This document shows, one piece after another, positions 30,022 to 39,768 of a stretch of 64,000 bases of DNA (its first letter is position 1; each line of letters begins with the position of its first letter). Source of the stretch: Actinomycetota bacterium (GTDB lineage: Bacteria; Actinomycetota; UBA4738; HRBIN12); assembly GCA_036555645.1 (NCBI GenBank), contig DATBLA010000185.1, forward strand, positions 17,694-81,693, written 5' to 3'. The position numbers and the translations under genes were made by a program. Under the pieces are notes generated by a model. The model ran no database searches and was not told where the DNA came from. It saw only the letters and a program-made list of their open reading frames with translations.

Positions 30022-30299
30022 GCGCTGCCCGGACCTACGAGCGCCGTCCCGTGCTCTGGCGTCGCTGCGGCGACGAGATCCTCGTGGCGGTCCCCGAGCG
30101 GGACGGAGTCGGACGCCTGTCCGAGCCGGCCTCGCTCGTCTGGCACCTGCTGGATCGACCGTCCTCGGCGGAGGCGCTGACCGCGGAGGTGGCGTCTCGG
30201 TTCGACGATTCGGGACGGGACGTCGCGGACCGGGTCGAGGCCATGCTCGCCGAGCTCGTTGCGGAAGGATGGATCCGACCGGTGGCATCGGATGGGTGA
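30018..30299 (+). CDS. Third PqqD-family protein (GTGA overlap with dehydrogenase)
   Basis: ILVAVPERDGVGRLSEPASLVWHLLDRPSSAEALTAEVASRFDDSGRDVADRVEAMLAELVAEGWI. Confidence 0.65.
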   Translation: MSAARTYERRPVLWRRCGDEILVAVPERDGVGRLSEPASLVWHLLDRPSSAEALTAEVASRFDDSGRDVADRVEAMLAELVAEGWIRPVASDG

Positions 30300-31461
30300 C
30301 CGGCCCGTCGCCCCTCCCGAGGTCCGCCGGATCGCCTCCGCCGGTCTCCCGGACGGGCCGCGGTCGATCCGGATCGCGGCGGACCGATGGCCCACCGTGC
30401 TCTCGGGTCTCCGGTTCTGCCGGCTCACGGGCTTCGCCGTCGGCGCCTGGAAGGACGGGACGCTCGAGCTGACCGAGCTCCAGAGGGACGAGCTGCTCGA
30501 GCACCACCGCTCGGCGATGCTGCTGGCGCTGGCGATCGAGCAGCGGCTCCTGCGTCTGCAGATCTCGCTTCAGGCCGCGCAGGTTCGAGCCGTCGTGCTG
30601 AAGGGCCCGGCCATGGCCCACGCGGCCTACCCGGAGCCGTCCCTGCGCTCGTTCGGCGACCTCGATCTGCTGGTGAGCGCGACGCAGTGGCGTCGTGCCT
30701 GCCAGGTCCTTCGAACCAGCGGGTACGAACGCGACCTGCCCGAGCCTCGTCCGCGGTTCGACGAGCGGTTCGGCAAGTCGGCGACCCACACCGACGAGCA
30801 GGGGTATCAGGTCGATCTGCACCGGACGCTGGTGCTGGGCGCGTTCGGCCTGTGGCTGGATCCGGAGGAGCTCCTCGGTCACACCGGGACGTTCACGCTG
30901 GCAGGGCGGAACGTCGAGCGGCTGGACACCACCGGGATGCTCCTGAACGCCGCGCTGCACGCGAGCCTGGGATCCTCACCGCCGCTGCTGGTCCCGCTGC
31001 GGGACGTCGCCCAGCTCGCCCACGACCCCGGAGTGGACTGGGGACGGCTCGCCGCCTGGTCGGCGCGCTGGCACCTCGCGGCGCCGCTGGCGTTCGCGTT
31101 CCGGTCGGCGTCCGAGCACCTGGAGGTGGGCCTCCCGGCGGCCGCACGAGCCATGGCCGAAATCGTCTCGCCGAACGCCGAACGGCGCGCGCTGGCCGCC
31201 TACACTGAACGGCGTCGAACGGGAGGCCTGGCGCTGACCGCCACCCGGGCGATCCCCGGTGTCCGCGCAAAGGCCGCCTACACGTTCGGGATGCTCGTGC
31301 CCAGCCGCGAGTTCCTCCGGGCTCGGGCGGGACGAGGCTCGAAGCCGACCTACCGAGCCCGCTGGAGCGTGCCGATGCGGTGGGTGGGTCGTCGGCCGAG
31401 GAATCACGGAACGGAGAACCTGATGAGTGCTCATTCCATCGATCACGGGACGTCGGAGTGA
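30292..31461 (+). CDS. Nucleotidyltransferase-family protein (NTP_transf_5-like)
   Basis: VVLKGPAMAHAAYPEPSLRSFGDLDLLV: GS-x-D-h-D-h nucleotidyltransferase motif. About 389 aa. ATGGGTGA overlap with PqqD. Confidence 0.55.
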   Translation: MGDRPVAPPEVRRIASAGLPDGPRSIRIAADRWPTVLSGLRFCRLTGFAVGAWKDGTLELTELQRDELLEHHRSAMLLALAIEQRLLRLQISLQAAQVRAVVLKGPAMAHAAYPEPSLRSFGDLDLLVSATQWRRACQVLRTSGYERDLPEPRPRFDERFGKSATHTDEQGYQVDLHRTLVLGAFGLWLDPEELLGHTGTFTLAGRNVERLDTTGMLLNAALHASLGSSPPLLVPLRDVAQLAHDPGVDWGRLAAWSARWHLAAPLAFAFRSASEHLEVGLPAAARAMAEIVSPNAERRALAAYTERRRTGGLALTATRAIPGVRAKAAYTFGMLVPSREFLRARAGRGSKPTYRARWSVPMRWVGRRPRNHGTENLMSAHSIDHGTSE

Positions 31462-32237
31462 TCGCGCAGACCTGGCGGAGTCGCCCGCTCGTGCTGTCGT
31501 TCGTCCGGCGGCAGTATCAGCTCCGGTATCGCCAGTCGCTGGCGGGGTTTTTCTGGGCGATCGTTCCTCCGATCGCGAGCCTGCTCGTGGCGACGCTCGT
31601 GTTCCACGAGGTCATCGGCGTGCAGACGGGGGATCCCAATGTGCCCTACCCGCTGTTCGTGCTGGCCGGCCTGGTCCCGTGGTCGTTCTTCACGAGCAGC
31701 GTGACGGCCGGCGTCGGGAGCGTGGCGTCCTCGCAGACGATGGTGACGCGACTGGCCTTCCCCCGGGCGATCATCCCTCTGTCCGTCGTGGGCACCGGCC
31801 TGATCGATCTCGGCATCACGGTCCTCGTGTTCATCGGCTTCCTCATCGTGACCACGACGGGCGTGCCCATCACGGTGCTGTGGACGCCGGTGTTGCTCGC
31901 GATCGAGATCGTCTTCGTGACCGGTGTCGTCCTGTTCGGAAGCGCGCTCAACGTGTTCGCGCGCGACATTCGCCTCGCGATCCCTCTCATCATGCAGTTG
32001 TGGCTGTTCCTGACCCCCGTGATGTACCCGCTCAGCTCCGTTCCCGACAATCTCCTGCCCTTCTTCCTCGCGAATCCCATGACCGGCCTGATCGAATCGT
32101 TCCGCGAGGTGATCATCGCCGGGAACGCGCCGGACATCACGGTCCTGATGCCCGCCATCATCGGCGCCGTGCTGGCCTTCGCCCTGGGCACGTGGTACTT
32201 CGGCGTCACCGAGTCGCGGTTCGCGGATGTGATCTGA
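31458..32237 (+). CDS. ABC-2 type polysaccharide exporter permease (Wzm-like)
   Basis: RRQYQLRYRQSLAGFFWAIVPP N-terminal signature, six predicted TM helices. Confidence 0.8.
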   Translation: MIAQTWRSRPLVLSFVRRQYQLRYRQSLAGFFWAIVPPIASLLVATLVFHEVIGVQTGDPNVPYPLFVLAGLVPWSFFTSSVTAGVGSVASSQTMVTRLAFPRAIIPLSVVGTGLIDLGITVLVFIGFLIVTTTGVPITVLWTPVLLAIEIVFVTGVVLFGSALNVFARDIRLAIPLIMQLWLFLTPVMYPLSSVPDNLLPFFLANPMTGLIESFREVIIAGNAPDITVLMPAIIGAVLAFALGTWYFGVTESRFADVI

Positions 32238-32238
32238 C

Positions 32239-33477
32239 GTGGACGCGATCACGCTCGAGTCGGTGACGAAGACCTACCGGGTGGGCGTCGGACGGGCGCG
32301 CGTGCGCGAGATGCTGCCGCCGCCATTTGATCGCGTCGTCCGTTGGGCCGCCCCCGGGTGGTGGGCGCGCGACACGTTCAACGCGCTGGACGCCGTGTCG
32401 CTGTCGATCCCGGACGGTTCCTCGATCGGGATCGTCGGCCACAACGGCGCGGGCAAGACCACGATGCTGAAGGTGATCGCCGGTGTGACCTCGTCCACCT
32501 CGGGCCACGTGAAGGTGCACGGCCGGGTCGCCGCCCTCATCGACGTCGTCGTGGGCCTGCACCCCGATCTGACGGGCCGCGAGAACATCTACCTCCTGGG
32601 GGCGATGCACGGCCTCGGACGCAAGTCGATGCGCGAGCGCATCGACCGTGTGGTCGAGTTCGCGGAGATCGACGACCTCATCGACACCCCGCTCAAGCGG
32701 TGCTCGGCGGGGATGATCACCCGGATCGGCTTCGGCGCCATCACGGCGCTGGACGCCGACGTGCTGCTCGTGGACGAGGTGCTGTCGGTCGGGGACGCCG
32801 CCTTCCAGCGCAAGTGCGCGACGTGGCTCGAGGACTATCGGGACGGTGGCGGGACGCTGCTGTTCGTGTCGCACAACCTCGGGTTGGTCCGGAGCATGAC
32901 GAACCGCGCGATCTGGCTCGACCACGGCAAGGTGGTCTCGGACGGTGACACGAACTCCGTGCTGATGGAGTACGGCCGTGCGATGGAGCGCCGACAGGCG
33001 CCCGAGGAGGTTCACGCGAAGGGTCAGGTTCGCAAGCTCATGCGCGCCCGCGGGATGAACCGCTGGGGGATGGGCGGCGCGCGCGTCGAGGAGGTCCACG
33101 TCGGCGAGATCCTCGACGGGCTCGCGCTCGACGTCCGGATCGCGTTCGAGGCCAGCGAGGTCGATCGAGCCGTGTTCTGCGTGGGGTTCATCGACGAGAG
33201 CGGGACCGAGATCGGCGCGGCCGCGTCGCCGGAGGTGGACGTCCGCAACACCACCGGAGAGGTCACGTGCCGCATCCGTCCCCTCCCATTGCGGTCCGGG
33301 ATCTACTTCCCGGTCGTGGCGATCCTGTCGGACGACGGCATGGTGCGCGATCGCTGGCAGCTTGATCGCGCGCTCGTGGTCGACCGCAACGGCGACGGTG
33401 TGCTGCCGGACGGGTTCGGGCCGATCGACCTGCCCGCCGCGTGGATCACCGAGGGGGGCGCCGAGGTCGGCGCCTGA
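32239..33477 (+). CDS. ABC transporter ATP-binding protein (Wzt-like) with C-terminal extra domain
   Basis: GIVGHNGAGKTTMLK Walker A, CSAGMITRIGF signature, LLVDEVLSVGD Walker B. About 160 aa C-terminal extension. Confidence 0.85.
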   Translation: MDAITLESVTKTYRVGVGRARVREMLPPPFDRVVRWAAPGWWARDTFNALDAVSLSIPDGSSIGIVGHNGAGKTTMLKVIAGVTSSTSGHVKVHGRVAALIDVVVGLHPDLTGRENIYLLGAMHGLGRKSMRERIDRVVEFAEIDDLIDTPLKRCSAGMITRIGFGAITALDADVLLVDEVLSVGDAAFQRKCATWLEDYRDGGGTLLFVSHNLGLVRSMTNRAIWLDHGKVVSDGDTNSVLMEYGRAMERRQAPEEVHAKGQVRKLMRARGMNRWGMGGARVEEVHVGEILDGLALDVRIAFEASEVDRAVFCVGFIDESGTEIGAAASPEVDVRNTTGEVTCRIRPLPLRSGIYFPVVAILSDDGMVRDRWQLDRALVVDRNGDGVLPDGFGPIDLPAAWITEGGAEVGA

Positions 33478-34346
33478 TGGTCGATGCCCGCATGCCCGAT
33501 GTCGTGATCATCGGCGCGATGAAGTCCGCCACCACGACGCTGTATCGCTGGCTGGACGAACAGCCGGAGGTGTTCGTCGCGCGGTCGAAGGAGACGCGCT
33601 TCTTCACCGACCATTGGTCTCGCGGCCCCGACTGGTACGCCGGGCTGTTCGCGCAGGCGCAGGCCGGACAGCTGCTCGGCGAATCCTCGGTCAACTACAC
33701 GAATCCCCGGCTGGCGCCGGTCGCCGCCGATCGGATGGCCCAGACGATCCCCCAGGTCCGCGTGATCTACATCCTTCGCCATCCGGTCGAGCGCATCCGT
33801 TCCCACTACCGGCACGAGGTCCAGCGCCGACGAGAGGAACGAACGTTCGTCGAGGCCGTTCGCGAGCCCGGGAACCCGTACATCGGCCACAGCATGTACT
33901 TCACGTGCCTGCAGCCGTACATCGAACGGTTCTCGCGGGAGCAGATCCTCGTCATCCGGTTCGAGGACCTCGTTCGGCCGCCGTCGCCGGCATGGACGAC
34001 GGTGCTCGGGTTCCTGTCGCTGGACGAACGGGAGGCGCCCGAGTCGGCCCACAACGTCGGCAGCGAGAAGGCGCAGTGGACACGAACGATGGCCTGGGCG
34101 AAGCGGCACCGGCTCATCAGCCTTCGCCAGGTCTCGCGCATGCCGAAGTCGGTTCGCCGGGCGGGCCGGTTCGTCTTCGCCCGTGAGGGACGCGACTACC
34201 GCGCCAAGCTCGACGGCTCACGCGCTCCGCTCGACCCCGAGGTCCTGGACGGCATGTGGGCCGACGTGGCCCGCCTCGAGGAGTGGATGGGCACGGAGCT
34301 CTGGGAGCGGGACGATCAGTCGCTCTCACGGGGTCCGGCTGGGTGA
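33477..34346 (+). CDS. Sulfotransferase-domain protein
   Basis: PDVVIIGAMKSATTTLYRWL (5'-PSB) and ...IYILRHPVERIRSHY (3'-PB). Confidence 0.75.
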   Translation: MVDARMPDVVIIGAMKSATTTLYRWLDEQPEVFVARSKETRFFTDHWSRGPDWYAGLFAQAQAGQLLGESSVNYTNPRLAPVAADRMAQTIPQVRVIYILRHPVERIRSHYRHEVQRRREERTFVEAVREPGNPYIGHSMYFTCLQPYIERFSREQILVIRFEDLVRPPSPAWTTVLGFLSLDEREAPESAHNVGSEKAQWTRTMAWAKRHRLISLRQVSRMPKSVRRAGRFVFAREGRDYRAKLDGSRAPLDPEVLDGMWADVARLEEWMGTELWERDDQSLSRGPAG

Positions 34347-35263
34347 AGGACCGGGGACGAGCCTGGCTGGACGCCGTGCTCCGATGGAGCCCGGCACAGT
34401 CGATCTATCACCGACGCGCGTCCGACCGGCTCGCGGTGCTGGCGTATCACGGCGTGGACGACCCGGGCCGGTTCGAGCAGCACCTGGACCGGGTTCGGCA
34501 GGGCGCGGCGGCCGTCTCCCTGGACGACGTGCTCGCTGCCTTCTCGGGAGGCCGGTCGCTCCCGGACCGGGCCGTGCTCATCACCTTCGACGACGGGCAT
34601 CGCAGCGTCCTGGAGCTCGCGATGCCGCTGCTCATGGAGCGCGGCATGCCGGCGGTGGCCTTCGTGGTTGCCGGGGTCGTCGATTCCGATCGGCCGTTCT
34701 GGTGGACCGAGGTCATCGATCTCGCCGGGAACGGTGGGGTCGTCGACGAGATGGCCGGGCTCGATCCCGCCGATCTCGTCAGGGCGCTGAAGCGGGTCCC
34801 GGACGATCGGCGACGAGCCGCGATCGCCGAGCTGGGACGAACCGCCTCGGCGCCGGCCGCCCCCCTGCCGCAGCTCACGTCCGCCGACCTTCGGACGCTG
34901 GAGTCGGCGGGGATCGCGATCGGGAACCACACGTGGGGGCACCCGTGCCTGTCGCGATGCGACGCGGGCACGTGCCGGGCCGAGATCGAGGAGGCGCACC
35001 GAATGCTCTCGAACGTCCTGGGGCACGAGCCCCGCAGCTTCGCCTATCCCGACGGCGATCGCGACGATCGGGCGGCCGTCGTGCTGCGCGAGCTCGGCTA
35101 CGAGGCGGCCTTCCTGTTCGACCATCGGCTGAGTCCGCGGCGCCCGGCCGACACGATGGCGGTCTCGCGTCTCCGCGTGAACTCCACGACCACGCTCGAT
35201 CGGTTCGACACGATCGCGAGCGGGCTCCACCCGTCGCTGCATCGCGTGCGCGGAGGGGTCTGA
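34343..35263 (+). CDS. Polysaccharide deacetylase (NodB-homology)
   Basis: VLITFDDGHRSVL...GNHTWGHP motifs. GTGA overlap. Confidence 0.75.
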   Translation: MKDRGRAWLDAVLRWSPAQSIYHRRASDRLAVLAYHGVDDPGRFEQHLDRVRQGAAAVSLDDVLAAFSGGRSLPDRAVLITFDDGHRSVLELAMPLLMERGMPAVAFVVAGVVDSDRPFWWTEVIDLAGNGGVVDEMAGLDPADLVRALKRVPDDRRRAAIAELGRTASAPAAPLPQLTSADLRTLESAGIAIGNHTWGHPCLSRCDAGTCRAEIEEAHRMLSNVLGHEPRSFAYPDGDRDDRAAVVLRELGYEAAFLFDHRLSPRRPADTMAVSRLRVNSTTTLDRFDTIASGLHPSLHRVRGGV

Positions 35264-35264
35264 C

Positions 35265-36452
35265 GTGCGCATGCTCTGCGTGATCGACGGCCTGGGCTTC
35301 GGTGGGGCCGAGCGATCGCTGGCCGAGCTCCTGCCCGACCTCGAGCCCAACGGGATCGAGCCGACGATCGCGTGCCTGCGCCATCGCGACGGCGGCGTCG
35401 AGCCCCAGGTCCTCGAACAGGGCCACGACGTGCGCTTCCTGCCGTCGGGACGCCTGGCGAAGATCCGGGCCGTGCGCGGGATGATCCGCGACACGTCGGC
35501 GTCCCTCGTCTACACGTCGCTCGTCGGCGCGTCGCTCGTCGGGCGGTTGGCGGCGGCCGGCACCGGCGTGCCCGTCCTCACGAGCCTGGTGAACCAGTCG
35601 TATTCGCGCGAGCGGATGGCCGACCCGCACGTGAAGACGGTCGCCGTCCGCGGCATCCGGCTCGTGGACGGCTGGACCGCCCGGCACCTCACGACCCACT
35701 TCCACGCGATCACCCACGCCGTGAAGCGCTCGGCGAGCGAGACGCTCGGGGTGCCGCCCGAGCGGATCACGGTGGTCGAGCGTGGCCGAGACCCGGCGCG
35801 ACTCGGCGAGCCGGGCGCCGACCGTCGCCTCAGGACGCGCCGGCTGCTCGGGCTGCCCGAGGACGCCGAGGTCCTCGTCGCGGTCGGCCGACAGGAGTTC
35901 CAGAAGGGCCATCGGTACCTCGTGGAGGCCATGGGGGCGGTGCGATCGGCACACCCGGGCGCGATCCTCCTCCTGGCAGGTCGCGACGGTGCGGAGTCCT
36001 CTCACCTTCGAGCGCTCGTGCGCGATCGAGGCCTCGACGGCGCCGTTCGGTTCCTCGGGCACCGCGACGATCTCCCCGACGTGCTCGCGTGCGCGGACAT
36101 CTTCGTGTTCCCCTCGCTGTGGGAGGGCCTGGGCGGCTCGGTCCTGGAGGCGATGGCGCTCGCGGTGCCGATCGTGGCGAGCGATCTCGAGCCCGTTCGC
36201 GAGGTCGTCGACGACGGTCGGTGCGCGGTCCTGGTCCCGTCGCGGGACCCGCGCGCCCTGGCCTCGGCGCTCGCGAGCGTCCTGGACGACCCCGATCGGG
36301 CACGAACGCTCGGAACCACCGGCAGGCAGATCTTCCTGGAGCGGTTCACCTTGGAGCACAGCACGAAGCGCATGATCGAGATGTTCCGTCGAGTCGCGGG
36401 CGCGCGCCCCGGGATGGCGCGAGCCGACGGCGACGGCCTCGAGGTGGCCTGA
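35265..36452 (+). CDS. Glycosyltransferase family 4
   Basis: C-terminal FVFPSLWEGLGGSVLEAMALAVPIVAS (EX7E). Confidence 0.8.
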   Translation: MRMLCVIDGLGFGGAERSLAELLPDLEPNGIEPTIACLRHRDGGVEPQVLEQGHDVRFLPSGRLAKIRAVRGMIRDTSASLVYTSLVGASLVGRLAAAGTGVPVLTSLVNQSYSRERMADPHVKTVAVRGIRLVDGWTARHLTTHFHAITHAVKRSASETLGVPPERITVVERGRDPARLGEPGADRRLRTRRLLGLPEDAEVLVAVGRQEFQKGHRYLVEAMGAVRSAHPGAILLLAGRDGAESSHLRALVRDRGLDGAVRFLGHRDDLPDVLACADIFVFPSLWEGLGGSVLEAMALAVPIVASDLEPVREVVDDGRCAVLVPSRDPRALASALASVLDDPDRARTLGTTGRQIFLERFTLEHSTKRMIEMFRRVAGARPGMARADGDGLEVA

Positions 36453-36453
36453 G

Positions 36454-37569
36454 ATGCGACTCCTGCACGTCGTCGCGACCGGCCAGCGCAGGGGCGCCGA
36501 GATGTTCGCCTCCGATCTCGTGCGAGCCCTCGACGGGCTCGGCGAGTTCGACCAGGAGGTCGTCGTCCTCCACGGTCCGTGGCCGACGGCGGTGCGCTAC
36601 GAGGCGCCCGTGCGGCCCCTGCGCGCGAAGGGTCGCCAGCTGCCCGGGCTCCGGCTCGACGTCGGCACCCTGTCGGATCTCCGCGCGGCGCTCGGTCGCT
36701 TCCAGCCGCAGATCGTGCACGCGCACGGCGGGGAGGCCTTCAAGTACTCGGCGATCGCGACCGCGGGCCGGGAGACCTCGATCGTCTACCGGCGCATCGG
36801 CACGGCGCCGGAGACCGTGACCCGCGGGCTGCGTCGCCGGGTCCACGCGGCACTGCTCCGGCGCTCGGATCGGATCGTGGCCGTGGCGGAGTCGGTCCGG
36901 CGGGAGACGCTCGACACGTTCCGGGTGCCCGGAGAACGCGTCGTCACGATCCCCAGGGGCGTCGATCCGCAACGCGTCCGGGCCGAGCGCGATCGGGCGG
37001 CGGTGCGTCGGGAGCTCGGGATCGGCGACGACGCCCCGGTCGTGATCGCGGTCGGAGCGCTGAGTCCGGAGAAGGACCCGCTGGCGCATCTCGACGTGTG
37101 CGAGTCCCTGGCCCGATCCGTTCCCGACGTGGTCTACCTGTTCGCGGGGGACGGGCCGATGCGCGAGGAGCTTCGGGCCGCCGTGTCGACGCGGGGGCTG
37201 GAGGAGCGAGTTCGATTGCTGGGAACCCGAACCGACATCGGCGACCTCCTCGGCGCGAGCGACGTGCTCGTGCTGGCGAGCCTGACCGAGGGGATGCCGG
37301 GGTGCGTGATCGAGGCCGGGATGGCCGGCGTGCCCGTCGTGGCGTTCGGGATGGCCGGCGTCCCGGAGGTGATCGTCGACGGGGTGACGGGATCCATCGT
37401 CGACCCCGGCGACCACGCGGAGCTCACGCGCCGAACGCTCGAGCTGCTCGTCGACGTCGATCGGCGCTCCGCGATGGGTCGGGCGGCGGCCGAGCGCTGT
37501 CGTCCGGCGTTCGACATCGGCACGGTGGCGCGGCACTACGTCGACGTCTACGCGGAGGTCGCCTCGTGA
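36454..37569 (+). CDS. Glycosyltransferase family 4
   Basis: LVLASLTEGMPGCVIEAGMAGVPVVA. Confidence 0.8.
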   Translation: MRLLHVVATGQRRGAEMFASDLVRALDGLGEFDQEVVVLHGPWPTAVRYEAPVRPLRAKGRQLPGLRLDVGTLSDLRAALGRFQPQIVHAHGGEAFKYSAIATAGRETSIVYRRIGTAPETVTRGLRRRVHAALLRRSDRIVAVAESVRRETLDTFRVPGERVVTIPRGVDPQRVRAERDRAAVRRELGIGDDAPVVIAVGALSPEKDPLAHLDVCESLARSVPDVVYLFAGDGPMREELRAAVSTRGLEERVRLLGTRTDIGDLLGASDVLVLASLTEGMPGCVIEAGMAGVPVVAFGMAGVPEVIVDGVTGSIVDPGDHAELTRRTLELLVDVDRRSAMGRAAAERCRPAFDIGTVARHYVDVYAEVAS

Positions 37570-37579
37570 GGAGGCCGGC

Positions 37580-38737
37580 GTGAGCGAGCGCTCAACGCTC
37601 GAGCCGGTCGTCCCCCCCGCGGTAGCGCCGCGACGGACGAGGGTCCTCCTGCTGATCAAGGGCCTCGGGCGCGGGGGGGCGGAGCAGCTGGTCGTCAACG
37701 CGGTCGAGCACGGCGACGCGTCGAGGTTCGACTACCACGTCGCCTACCTCCTGCCGCACAAGGACGCGCTGGTCCCCGATCTCCAGGCGCTCGGGATTCC
37801 CGTCGTCTGTCTGGACGGGTCCCGAGGCGCGACGTGGGTGGTGCGCCTTCGCCGCCTCGTCCGCGATCGCCGGATCGATCTCGTGCACGTGCACTCGCCG
37901 CTCGTGGCCGCGTTCGCGAGGGCGGGCCTGCTGGGAGACGGCCGCACGCTCGTCACGACCGAGCACAACGTCTGGGAGCGATACCACCGTTCGACGTACT
38001 GGGCCAACGCCCTGACGTTCCCCCGCAACGATCACGTGTTCGCCGTGTCCGACGAAGTGCATCGGTCGATCCGGTATCCGACCGCGCTCGGCTTCCTGCC
38101 GACCCCGCCCGTCGAGACGCTTCACCACGGGATCGATCTCGACCGGGTGAGGGCGACACCGGCTCCGGACGGTATCCGTGAGGGCCTGAGCGTGGACGGC
38201 GACGCGTTCCTGGTGAGCACGGTGGCGAACTTCAAGCCGCACAAGGGGTACGAGTACCTCCTCGAGGTCGTTGGGCACGTCGTGGCCCGGCGTCCATCGG
38301 CGAGGTTCGTGTTCGTCGGGCACGGCCCGTTGCAGGATCGGATGCGGGCTCAGGCGGGACGTCTCGGTCTGGCCGGCGCGGTCGTGTTCGCCGGGTTCCG
38401 TGACGATGCGCTGCGCGTCGTGCGGGCGAGCGACGCCTATGCGATGGCCTCCGTCCACGAGGGATTGCCGCTCGCGCTCCTCGAGGCGATGGCCCTCGGC
38501 CGCCCACCCGTCGCGACGCGCGTCGGCGGCGTGACGCAGGTCATCGAGGACGGCGTGAGCGGGTTCCTCGTGGATCCTCGCGACCCGAACACCGAGGCGG
38601 ATCGGATCGTCGAGCTCATGGACTCGCCGGCGCTCCGCGAGCGAGTGGGCGCGGCAGCGGCCGAGCGTGCGTCGAGGTTCGACGTCCGGCGGGCGGTGGG
38701 ACGCATCGAGCAGGTCTACGGGGAGCTGATCGCGTGA
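37580..38737 (+). CDS. Glycosyltransferase family 4
   Basis: MASVHEGLPLALLEAMALGRPPVAT. Confidence 0.8.
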   Translation: MSERSTLEPVVPPAVAPRRTRVLLLIKGLGRGGAEQLVVNAVEHGDASRFDYHVAYLLPHKDALVPDLQALGIPVVCLDGSRGATWVVRLRRLVRDRRIDLVHVHSPLVAAFARAGLLGDGRTLVTTEHNVWERYHRSTYWANALTFPRNDHVFAVSDEVHRSIRYPTALGFLPTPPVETLHHGIDLDRVRATPAPDGIREGLSVDGDAFLVSTVANFKPHKGYEYLLEVVGHVVARRPSARFVFVGHGPLQDRMRAQAGRLGLAGAVVFAGFRDDALRVVRASDAYAMASVHEGLPLALLEAMALGRPPVATRVGGVTQVIEDGVSGFLVDPRDPNTEADRIVELMDSPALRERVGAAAAERASRFDVRRAVGRIEQVYGELIA

Positions 38738-39768
38738 GCGGCGAGGCATCGGTCGAGACCGAGGTGGTGATCCGGCCCTACCGGGACGACGACGCATCCG
38801 AGGTGCTCGACCTGCTCGTCGGATCGCTGGGCGGTGGTCCCGCGGGGGAGCGGCCGCCCGAGTACTTCCAGTGGAAGCACCTCGACAACCCCTTCGGGCG
38901 CTCGTACATGATCGTGGCCGAGTTCGCGGGCAGGATCATCGGCTTTCGGGCGCTCATGCGGTGGCAGTTCGGCATCGGCGATCGCACCGTGGAGGCCGTC
39001 CGTCCCGTCGACACCGTGACGCACCCCGATCACCGGGGTCGGGGGGTCTTCTCCCGCCTCACGCGGGCCGCCCTCGAATCGCTGCAGGGTGAGATCGACC
39101 TCGTGTTCAACACGCCGAACCAGAACAGCCTCCCCGGGTATCTGAAGCTGGGCTGGGAGGTGGTCGGGCAGGTCCCGGTCAGCGTCCGCGTGTGCCGGCC
39201 GGCGTCGTTCGTCCTGGGCAAGCTCCGTAGGTCCGGGTCGGCGAGCCCGCCGGAGCGCCCGGCGATCTCCGCCCCGAGGGCGTCGGAGGTGCTCGAGGGG
39301 GACACCGAGGTCGCCGGTCTCCTCGAACGCGTCGAGCGCGTTCCCGGCGCGTACGCGACCCCTCGGACCGTGCCGTTCCTCCGGTGGCGCTTCGGCGACG
39401 CCCCGCTCCTGGGGTATCACGCGGTCGTCGAGCGGGACGGAGACGGGCTGCGCGGCCTCGCGTTCTTCCGGCTTCGCGCGGAGGGGTCGCTGTGGGGGCT
39501 GTCCGTCGCGGACGTGCTCGTCCGCGACGGCGACGTGAGCGTCGCGCGCTCGCTGCTCGCCGCCGCGCGGCGATCCGCCAACGTCGCGTACGTGGCGGCA
39601 GCGTTTCCCCCTGGCTCGTCGGCGGCCGCGGCTCATCGGGGACCGACCACGATGCGCGCGCCCCGGGGGATGACCTTCGTCGTGAACCCCGTCCGCCCCG
39701 ATCTGCGGCCGGACCCGCGTGTGCTGTCGTCCTGGGCGCTGTCCACCGGGGACGTCGAGGTGTTCTGA
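38734..39768 (+). CDS. Large GNAT-type acyltransferase (FemAB/BioF2-like size class, about 344 aa)
   Basis: HPDHRGRGVFSRLTRAAL acetyl-CoA-binding motif. Long C-terminal domain. Confidence 0.55.
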   Translation: MSGEASVETEVVIRPYRDDDASEVLDLLVGSLGGGPAGERPPEYFQWKHLDNPFGRSYMIVAEFAGRIIGFRALMRWQFGIGDRTVEAVRPVDTVTHPDHRGRGVFSRLTRAALESLQGEIDLVFNTPNQNSLPGYLKLGWEVVGQVPVSVRVCRPASFVLGKLRRSGSASPPERPAISAPRASEVLEGDTEVAGLLERVERVPGAYATPRTVPFLRWRFGDAPLLGYHAVVERDGDGLRGLAFFRLRAEGSLWGLSVADVLVRDGDVSVARSLLAAARRSANVAYVAAAFPPGSSAAAAHRGPTTMRAPRGMTFVVNPVRPDLRPDPRVLSSWALSTGDVEVF